From contig JBHLKY010000038.1 of assembly GCA_048886185.1 (NCBI GenBank), forward strand, positions 1 to 13,472: DNA of 13,472 bases. Reading direction: 5' to 3'. This document shows, piece by piece, positions 7,146 to 13,472 of this stretch; position 1 is the stretch's first letter, and every line of letters starts with the position of its first letter. The notes beneath the pieces are model-generated. The model was not told the DNA's origin, did no database searches, and saw nothing but the letters and a program-made list of their open reading frames with translations. Origin of the DNA: Candidatus Hermodarchaeota archaeon. Its GTDB lineage: Archaea > Asgardarchaeota > Heimdallarchaeia > Hodarchaeales > Hodarchaeaceae. Made by a program: the position numbers and the translations under genes.

Positions 7146-7838
7146 ATGTCAAATAAGGTAATATTTATCTTGCTGAAAATATTTACAGTAGTTGCAGTAC
7201 TTGCTTTCATTAATGTACTATTAATCTTATTCTTTCCTGAAGTTTATATGACTACTAATTTCTCGATTACTCTTATATTATTTAATATCTTTATTGCTGT
7301 TGATAAAGCTGCTCAACCATTCCTTGTTTACGACCAAAAAGGTAAAAAAGCTAAAAAAGAGCTTTATAAAGCTCTTTCAATGTTCCTTCTTCTTTTTATG
7401 ATTCCCTTGATAGTTTCACTTCCCTATCTTGAATATTCCTTAATTCAAAAGATGATACTCTTTCCAGAGTTAACTTGGATGTTCTGGATTCTGGGTACCC
7501 TGATGATTATAATTGGAGGATTTTTGTTGTGTATAAGTCGGATTATTCTTGGCAGAGAGAGTTCAATAGTAATAGGGATTGAAAAAGATCATAAACTAGT
7601 CACCAAAGGACCCTATCACATCATTCGTCATCCTATTTATGTTGGAAGTTCATTTCTTTTCCTTGGCTATTCACTTTCATTTTCTAGTTTGATTTGTTCG
7701 ATTGTTATTTTATTAATTCTCGTGTTGTGGTTAAATAAAAGAATGACTTTAGAAGAGAAATTATTGATTGAAGCCTTTGGGGACGACTATCGCAATTATA
7801 TGAAGCATACAAAGCGATTGATTCCCTTTATTTATTAG
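7146..7838 (+). CDS. Isoprenylcysteine carboxyl methyltransferase (ICMT/Ste14/PEMT-like) membrane methyltransferase, 230 aa
   Basis: HKLVTKGPYHIIRHPIYVG and EEKLLIEAFGDDYRNYMKHTKRLIPFIY family motifs, multiple TM helices, and GGAGA RBS at 7135-7139 before ATG 7146 (ORF track starts at TTG 7119). Confidence 0.88.
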   Translation: MSNKVIFILLKIFTVVAVLAFINVLLILFFPEVYMTTNFSITLILFNIFIAVDKAAQPFLVYDQKGKKAKKELYKALSMFLLLFMIPLIVSLPYLEYSLIQKMILFPELTWMFWILGTLMIIIGGFLLCISRIILGRESSIVIGIEKDHKLVTKGPYHIIRHPIYVGSSFLFLGYSLSFSSLICSIVILLILVLWLNKRMTLEEKLLIEAFGDDYRNYMKHTKRLIPFIY

Positions 7839-8119
7839 TTTGTCAATATTTAGATTCTTATGCTGAACTTTATCTCTTGTCATTCTTTTTCTAATATGAT
7901 CCAGTGTGGCGTTGGCCCTCCCAAGTCATCAATAATTACTGGATATAATAACAATGGGGAAGCTCTCTTTGAATGTAGTCTTTTTCAAGATCACTTTGAC
8001 CCCAAAAAATTCATACTATCCAAAATTTGGTACAAGAAGTAATACACTGTTCTAAAAATTCTAATAACTTCATAAGTCTGTTCGAATCCATAGCATCATA
8101 AAAGAGAGGTATTCAAAGG

Positions 8120-8704
8120 GTGAACGGGTATGAAGAATTGAAAACAAGTGAAAATGTCCTGAAAAATCGTCTTTTTGCAGTTACTACTGGAGTTTCTCTG
8201 ATCATGCTAGTTATTCTTGTTCCTTTGCTTATCCAACTGATCTTACAAACAACTCCTCAAAGTGAGTTCATTGTATTTGAAGGATCAATGTTTTCATCTG
8301 ATGCAGGCATATCACATGGTGGATTTGAATGGACTGCTTCCTATACAGCTCGTTGGTCAATATCAAAGAAATTTTTTAACGGGATATTAAATTTAACCTT
8401 AGATAAAGGCTTAGGCTCACATTTTAACAATGGAGTGAATTCAGTTGAAATTCCTATAACAGATTTCTTTTTTAATGGATCAGCCATTAGTTTTATTAAT
8501 CAAGATTTTCAAGTTATACTGGATTTTGTTGAGTATGATACTATTTGGGGAGGAACGTATAATAATCAGTATATTGCGATTCAATCCTTAAATTCATCAG
8601 AGATTTGTGGTTCAATTGATCCATTGATGGTTCCAGGGTTTATTGAATGGTTCTATATTGAGCTGAGGTTACATCCGAATACTCAGTTATCATTTTTCAG
8701 TTAA
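8120..8704 (+). CDS. Hypothetical protein with a single N-terminal TM anchor and an extracytoplasmic beta-rich domain, 194 aa
   Basis: GAGGT RBS at 8106-8110 before GTG 8120. One hydrophobic helix (LFAVTTGVSLIMLVILVPLLIQLIL) and several N-x-S/T sequons (NLT, NGS, NSS). Confidence 0.75.
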   Translation: MNGYEELKTSENVLKNRLFAVTTGVSLIMLVILVPLLIQLILQTTPQSEFIVFEGSMFSSDAGISHGGFEWTASYTARWSISKKFFNGILNLTLDKGLGSHFNNGVNSVEIPITDFFFNGSAISFINQDFQVILDFVEYDTIWGGTYNNQYIAIQSLNSSEICGSIDPLMVPGFIEWFYIELRLHPNTQLSFFS

Positions 8705-8929
8705 TCTCTGAAATGGTCATCAAATTAATGATTATGTAATGAATACTTTGTAACTTGTTTTTAAGGAAATTATGACAATAATGAATTAGAACTAGATTGT
8801 AGGGAGTAAAAGTATTAAAGTTGGTGAAATAAAGAATTAAAATGAAAATCTTTTTTATTGGATATTAGGAACTTATGATGAGAAGATTGGCCGATCTGAG
8901 AATCGTTGAATGAACGTTAGGGAACCATA

Positions 8930-9436
8930 ATGAATTATAAAATCATATTAGCGGGAGATGAAGGAGTTGGGAAGACCTCTCTAGTCAATCGTTTTGTCCA
9001 TGGATTCTTAGCTGGTGAATACAAAGCAACTATAGGTGTTGACCTTTATACAAAACAGGTATTTGTTGGTAATTCTGAAGTAAATTTACAAATCTGGGAT
9101 GTCGCAGGCCAAACATCGTTTCGCCAATTCCGCCAAAGATTTTTCAGTGGTGCACGAGGGGCATTCTTAGTATTCGACTTAACGGTTCCTAAAAGTCTAG
9201 ACAATCTTCATACATCATGGATAGAGGATCTCCAAAACATCGCAGGGGATATTCCAGTAATTTTAATCGGAAATAAAATAGATTTAAGAGAATTGGTCGC
9301 TGTCTCACATCAAGATATTAACTATTTTTTAACCCACCATTCTAATGTTGAGGAACATTTCATTACTTCTGCTTTAACGGGTGAAAATGTAGAGAATGCT
9401 TTTCTTAAATTGACTTCGCTCATGAAACAGTCATAA
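8930..9436 (+). CDS. Rab-like small GTPase (Ras superfamily), 168 aa, no C-terminal prenylation motif
   Basis: G1 GDEGVGKTS, G2 ATIG, G3 WDVAGQ, G4 GNKID, G5 TSAL. RabF-like segments IGVDL, LQIWD, FFSGA and LVFDLT. Confidence 0.93.
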   Translation: MNYKIILAGDEGVGKTSLVNRFVHGFLAGEYKATIGVDLYTKQVFVGNSEVNLQIWDVAGQTSFRQFRQRFFSGARGAFLVFDLTVPKSLDNLHTSWIEDLQNIAGDIPVILIGNKIDLRELVAVSHQDINYFLTHHSNVEEHFITSALTGENVENAFLKLTSLMKQS

Positions 9437-9493
9437 ATAATCAAAAAACGGATTAAAGTACTTAGAGTTGAAATTGCTTTTCCGTCTTCCCTC

Positions 9494-9516
9494 GTCCTTA
9501 TCGGTAAAATAAGGAC
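9494..9516. other. Stem-loop GTCCTTAT-(7 nt)-ATAAGGAC; possible terminator or operator downstream of the GTPase
   Basis: Perfect 8-bp arms at 9494-9501 and 9509-9516. On the minus strand the stem extends with G-U pairs and bulges across ~9484-9527. Confidence 0.45.
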
Positions 9517-9812
9517 AAATTGGTGACTAATGTTTACGTCTGTACTTCTTCAGTCCTCACAATTCTGAGTATAGCTTTCATCAGGGCTTTTTATTAACAC
9601 GATATTCTTTAATTGGTATAAAGTCGTATTATAATCAATGTTTAGAGTTGTAGCTTCTATGTGGTTTTTACTCTGAGTTGATTACAATTCCTCATATTCA
9701 ACTTGTCCATTAAGAATTATTTCAGATAGTTCAAACAGGAATAATTAAATTCTTATTCGAAATGTTATTGCATTCTATTATAGTAATATCTTTAGTAGAA
9801 GGATTTGGACAG

Positions 9813-10793
9813 ATGAAAATAATAATTGTTGGTGGAACGGGATTTCTTGGTTACCACTCCTTACTCGAGTTTAGAAAAAAAGGGCATTCAGTAACCACAA
9901 TCTCAATACCTGATGTAGAACTAGGAGATTGGTTTCCAAAGGAAGTGGAGGTGAAGTATATAAATGTTTTTGAACAGGAGGAACGTGTACTTCAAGAATT
10001 ATTAAGTGGATACGACGTATTAGTGTATGCAGTAGGACCAGATGATCGTGTTACTCCTCCAGCCCCTGCTTATGATTTTTTTCATGAGAGATTGGTGAAT
10101 TCTTGTGGAAAGGTGGTTGATGCCGCACGAAACGCAGGTATTAAACGATGTATTGTTTTAAGTTCGTATTTTGCCTATTTTGATAGGATTTGGCCTGAAT
10201 TGAGGTTAGCAGAAAACCATCCATATATTAAATGTCGCGTAGAACAAGCAGAACGAGTTATACAAGCAGGTCAAGAAGAAATGGCTGTAATAATCCTTGA
10301 GTTACCCTATATTTTTGGAGCAATGCCAAGTAGAATTCCATTATGGAAAGAAGTACTACTTGATCGGATCCTGAAAATGAAAATAGTCTTCTTTCCAAAA
10401 GGAGGTACGAATATGATTGCAGTACAACATGTGGCAGAAGCGATAGTTGGCGCAGTTGAACGAGGGGAACATGGTCAGAGATATTTAATTGGAGATATAA
10501 ATTTATCTTGGAGGGATATGTTGAATATCATTTTTAACACTCTAGGAATGAAGAAAAGAGTAATTACAATTCCTACATTCCTTGCTGCATTTTATGGAAA
10601 ACGAATGAAGAAATTAGAACAAAAAGAGGGAAAAGAAAGTGGTCTTGATTTAGCTCGATTATTTCAAGATATACAGTCGAAAGAACTCTATTACGATCCA
10701 AGTGACACAGTGGAAAAGTTAGGATATAATCGATCTGGAGTACAGAAAGCAATTGAAGATACTGTTCGTGCTTGTTATCCTAATCGTTTTTGA
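9813..10793 (+). CDS. NAD(P)-dependent epimerase/dehydratase-like extended SDR (atypical YxxxR), 326 aa from ATG 9813
   Basis: N-terminal Rossmann motif MKIIIVGGTGFLG, plus VLSS, HPYIKCR, LELPYIFG and a GGTNMIAVQHVAEA segment. The ORF-track start at 9762 adds 17 residues before the Rossmann strand. Confidence 0.9.
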   Translation: MKIIIVGGTGFLGYHSLLEFRKKGHSVTTISIPDVELGDWFPKEVEVKYINVFEQEERVLQELLSGYDVLVYAVGPDDRVTPPAPAYDFFHERLVNSCGKVVDAARNAGIKRCIVLSSYFAYFDRIWPELRLAENHPYIKCRVEQAERVIQAGQEEMAVIILELPYIFGAMPSRIPLWKEVLLDRILKMKIVFFPKGGTNMIAVQHVAEAIVGAVERGEHGQRYLIGDINLSWRDMLNIIFNTLGMKKRVITIPTFLAAFYGKRMKKLEQKEGKESGLDLARLFQDIQSKELYYDPSDTVEKLGYNRSGVQKAIEDTVRACYPNRF

Positions 10794-10815
10794 GAAGTAA
10801 TCTCTAGTGAGTTGA

Positions 10816-10842
10816 GGAAAAAGAGAAAGAGATTTCTTTTGT
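10816..10842. terminator. Candidate bidirectional oligo-T terminator region between the convergent SDR and ABC permease genes
   Basis: Plus strand has TTTCTTTT at 10833-10840 and the minus strand has TCTTTCTCTTTTTCC. Both lie in the 88-nt convergent gap. Confidence 0.35.
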
Positions 10843-10881
10843 AGTAAATTCTGCTTTGTGCCCTTGTATTGTTGTACCCCT

Positions 10882-11790
10882 TTAGAATTGTGCTAGATTC
10901 CCTGTTTTTTTGGCTTGTGTAACTGTGTAATGAAAAATCCAAAGACCAATAATAGGAAAAGTTATTCCAAGGAAAATGACAAACAATATTTGGATATTAA
11001 CAAAGAGTAATGGATCAACTCCTAAGCTTTGATTGAATACCATCGCAATTTCAGTTATTGTATTTCCACTTATAGTTGATTTTACTAAGTCAATACCATA
11101 AGAAATTGGGAATAACAAAGATAATATGACTGCTGGTCCTAATAAACTTATTGGGAAGAACACTCCTGAGAAAATCATGAAAGTAAATTCTAATAATCCC
11201 AAAAGGGGTTGCATGGCTTCTTTTAGCCTTAATGCTAGCCCGGCAAGCGTAAAAGAAAGTCCTAAAGTTGAAATTAGTGTGAAAAATATATAGATCCAAA
11301 GAGAAAGGTTGGTTAGATCAATCTGAATATCACCTACAGCAAAAGTAACTATCAAATATGTAAAAGGAATGAATATAATATTCAAGATGATTGTATATGT
11401 CATCCGTGAAAACATATTTGCAAGGGTTGAAGAAGGAGAAAGGAAAATTGTTTCCAATGTACCTGTAATCTGTTCATTCCGAAGACTGTTCCCTACATTA
11501 TATATACCAGTAATTATGAAGTAGTAAATAATGAAGCCAAAAAAGATACTAGTTCCAGTAAAGGCGGTAGTTAATCCCACCTTACTATCTGTTGGAAGAA
11601 AGGCTTTCGCTGAAAAAGTAAAAAACAAGATAATTATTATAATTTGAATAAAATTCATTAAAAAAGCAATGGGGTAACGAAATTGGATTAAAATTTCCTT
11701 TTTAGACATTTTCAGCCATTGATACCAAAAAGATCCATTTGAACGTATGGGATGATCTGTAGAAAAGTTCGTATGCTTCAATTCTCTCAC
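10882..11790 (-). CDS. ABC-2 type exporter permease, 302 aa
   Basis: About 6 TM with the ABC-2 signature LRNEQITGTLETIFLSP and FSGVFFPISLL...LFPISYGIDL. GTG start lies 4 nt after the upstream permease stop. Confidence 0.9.
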   Translation of the reverse strand: MRELKHTNFSTDHPIRSNGSFWYQWLKMSKKEILIQFRYPIAFLMNFIQIIIIILFFTFSAKAFLPTDSKVGLTTAFTGTSIFFGFIIYYFIITGIYNVGNSLRNEQITGTLETIFLSPSSTLANMFSRMTYTIILNIIFIPFTYLIVTFAVGDIQIDLTNLSLWIYIFFTLISTLGLSFTLAGLALRLKEAMQPLLGLLEFTFMIFSGVFFPISLLGPAVILSLLFPISYGIDLVKSTISGNTITEIAMVFNQSLGVDPLLFVNIQILFVIFLGITFPIIGLWIFHYTVTQAKKTGNLAQF

Positions 11791-11794
11791 TTCC

Positions 11795-12676
11795 TTAATA
11801 GCTAGAAAAGCCCTCTCTTTTCTGAACGCTTTTTTCGACCCTTGTGAAAAACCAAATAGAGATCATGGGAATAAAGAAGGCAAATGCCAAGATTATACCA
11901 AAATCAACGTAAAAATTGACAAAATAATTTGCTTCAAATAAAACTGCTCTAAGGGCATTATTAACCCAAGTTAGTGGAAGAATTAGACTTAATAGCTGTA
12001 AAATAACAGGAAATACTGTAATTGGATAAAATACTCCTAATAAAAAGCTGAAGACCCAATTAACCACGGAAATTAGGGAATTGACATCTTTAAAGCGTAA
12101 AACAGCAGCACCAAAAATTAATGAAAGACCGAAAAGGGGGAAAACACCAATGACAAAAAGAAGAGCTGCTAGGATCAATGTCGGTTGAAGATATGCGCCA
12201 ATAGGAATAGCGAAAAGAATTGAACCTAGAATCAATGCGAATATGAAAGAAAGACCGTTTCTAACCATAACATAAAGTGAGGTTCCAGTCAATAGCCAAA
12301 TTCGATCTGTAGGGGTGGAGTAAAGAGTTTCTAGGGTTCCTTGCATCTGTTCTCGTCGTAACCAGTACCCAAAATTCCATAGTGAATTTGATACCAAGTT
12401 GAAAAATAACGTACCTAATAGTAAAAATCCAGCATAGTTTCCTGTCCCAGTTTTCGCTTCAAAACTTATTCGTGCACTTTCAGGAGATCCAGCTATAGCT
12501 GGTCCCATTAATATAGGGAGAGCTGCAAGCATAACTGGAGTTATGACTGACATCAATACTTGGCCTTTATACCGTCCATATGTCAGGAGTCGGGTAATGA
12601 ATACATCTCTGGTTATTTTTAAATTTGATCGGATATCTGGATTGTAGACTTTCCCCTCTGTAAAATATTTAATCAT
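11795..12676 (-). CDS. ABC-2 type exporter permease, 293 aa from ATG 12676
   Basis: LRREQMQGTLETLYSTP and LLGVFYPITVFP...LPLTWVNNALR. The ORF-track start at 12742 overlaps the ATPase gene; ATG 12676 lies 7 nt after its stop. Confidence 0.9.
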   Translation of the reverse strand: MIKYFTEGKVYNPDIRSNLKITRDVFITRLLTYGRYKGQVLMSVITPVMLAALPILMGPAIAGSPESARISFEAKTGTGNYAGFLLLGTLFFNLVSNSLWNFGYWLRREQMQGTLETLYSTPTDRIWLLTGTSLYVMVRNGLSFIFALILGSILFAIPIGAYLQPTLILAALLFVIGVFPLFGLSLIFGAAVLRFKDVNSLISVVNWVFSFLLGVFYPITVFPVILQLLSLILPLTWVNNALRAVLFEANYFVNFYVDFGIILAFAFFIPMISIWFFTRVEKSVQKREGFSSY

Positions 12677-12683
12677 AACGGCG

Positions 12684-13472
12684 TCACATCTTAATACTTG
12701 TGTCTGTTGATAAAGATCTCCCAGTTTTTTGAATAAACACATCTTCTAATGAGACTTCTTTCGGATTGATGAAAGAGATACGCCCCTTAAATTTGGTAAT
12801 GGTATCTAAAATTTGAGACATTCGCTGTTTTGCATCGTCCACAATAAGCGATATCTCTTCCTTATCACCCAAATTTATACACGCGGCTCGTTTCACGCCA
12901 GTAAGTTCTTGAAGTTCCTTAATAAGAAGTGTAAAATCTGGAAACATTCCTTCTATTGATATGATCTCATCTTGCTCTAATTCTTCTTTTAAAACATCTG
13001 GATGATCAAAAGCAATTTTTTCTCCATGATCAATAATCAAAACTTTCTCCTTACCATTATCAATCAATTCTTCAATTTCACTCATGATATGGGTTGAATA
13101 AAGAATTGTTTTCCCAGTTTGGTGTAATTGTTTCACGATTTTGCGTAAATCTTTTCCTCCCTGCACATCCATCGCAATTGTTGGCTCATCTAAAATCAAA
13201 ATTGGCGGATCCGATATGAGTGCACGTCCAAATGCAAATTTCATCTTTTGGCCTGAAGAATAAGTCTCAACAGGGCGATCTGCAAAGGAATTTAGACTCA
13301 TTAAATCAAGAATTGATTGAACACGATCTTTTGCTTCATTGGATGGGACATGGTACAAGGTTGAAAAGAATTCCAAATTCTCTCTTCCAGTTAATTTCCA
13401 ATAAAGTCCTCGTTCACCCATTAACATGGCTCCAATTGACGCTTTAATTTTATTTTCTTGATCAGGAGAATA
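12684..13472 (-). CDS. ABC exporter ATP-binding subunit, 5'-partial (frame open to the window edge)
   Basis: Frame stays open from 13472 (YSPDQENKIKASIGAMLMGERGLY...). Signature YSSGQKMK, Walker B ILILDEPT and H-loop STH are present; Walker A must lie outside the window. Confidence 0.93.
   Translation of the reverse strand, partial: YSPDQENKIKASIGAMLMGERGLYWKLTGRENLEFFSTLYHVPSNEAKDRVQSILDLMSLNSFADRPVETYSSGQKMKFAFGRALISDPPILILDEPTIAMDVQGGKDLRKIVKQLHQTGKTILYSTHIMSEIEELIDNGKEKVLIIDHGEKIAFDHPDVLKEELEQDEIISIEGMFPDFTLLIKELQELTGVKRAACINLGDKEEISLIVDDAKQRMSQILDTITKFKGRISFINPKEVSLEDVFIQKTGRSLSTDTSIKM

Noticed and set aside
7860-8042. 60-aa plus-strand ORF
   Set aside because: No RBS or motif. The opposite strand looks more protein-like here.
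8930-9436. Prenylation/ICMT methylation of the Rab-like GTPase
   Set aside because: The protein has no cysteine and ends LMKQS.
11090-11299. 69-aa minus-strand alternate-frame ORF
   Set aside because: Nested out of frame within the ABC permease.
12677-12742. ORF-track N-terminal extension of the second permease
   Set aside because: Overlaps the 3' end of the ABC ATPase. ATG 12676 just after the ATPase stop is the more parsimonious start.
13220-13447. 75-aa plus-strand ORF
   Set aside because: Antisense to the ABC ATPase signature region.

Overview
AT-rich prokaryotic chromosomal window with 11 supportable CDSs. I see no rRNA, tRNA, CRISPR array or mobile element. It is most likely archaeal, and plausibly Asgard (inference): Shine-Dalgarno sites are GGTGA/AGGTG/GAGGT type, and there is a stand-alone Rab-like small GTPase with no prenylation Cys. 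Gene order: (+) type II P-type ATPase with two C-terminal CDF-like metal-binding domains; (-) ~6-TM orphan; (+) lipobox surface protein with four 98-aa Ig/cadherin-like repeats; (+) class I SAM methyltransferase; (+) ICMT/Ste14-family membrane methyltransferase; (+) membrane-anchored orphan; (+) Rab-like GTPase; (+) atypical extended SDR; (-) ABC-2 exporter (ATPase, cut by the window edge, plus two permeases). The best candidate for an undescribed system is the P-type ATPase. It has a Ca-pump (P2A-like) scaffold, but M6 carries His and Cys at positions that are Asn and Thr ion ligands in SERCA. It is fused to tandem YiiP/FieF-type C-terminal domains, the first retaining the Zn site C ligand pattern, and a 7-1-7 palindrome lies just upstream. 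Novelty of all items is unverified because no searches could be run.
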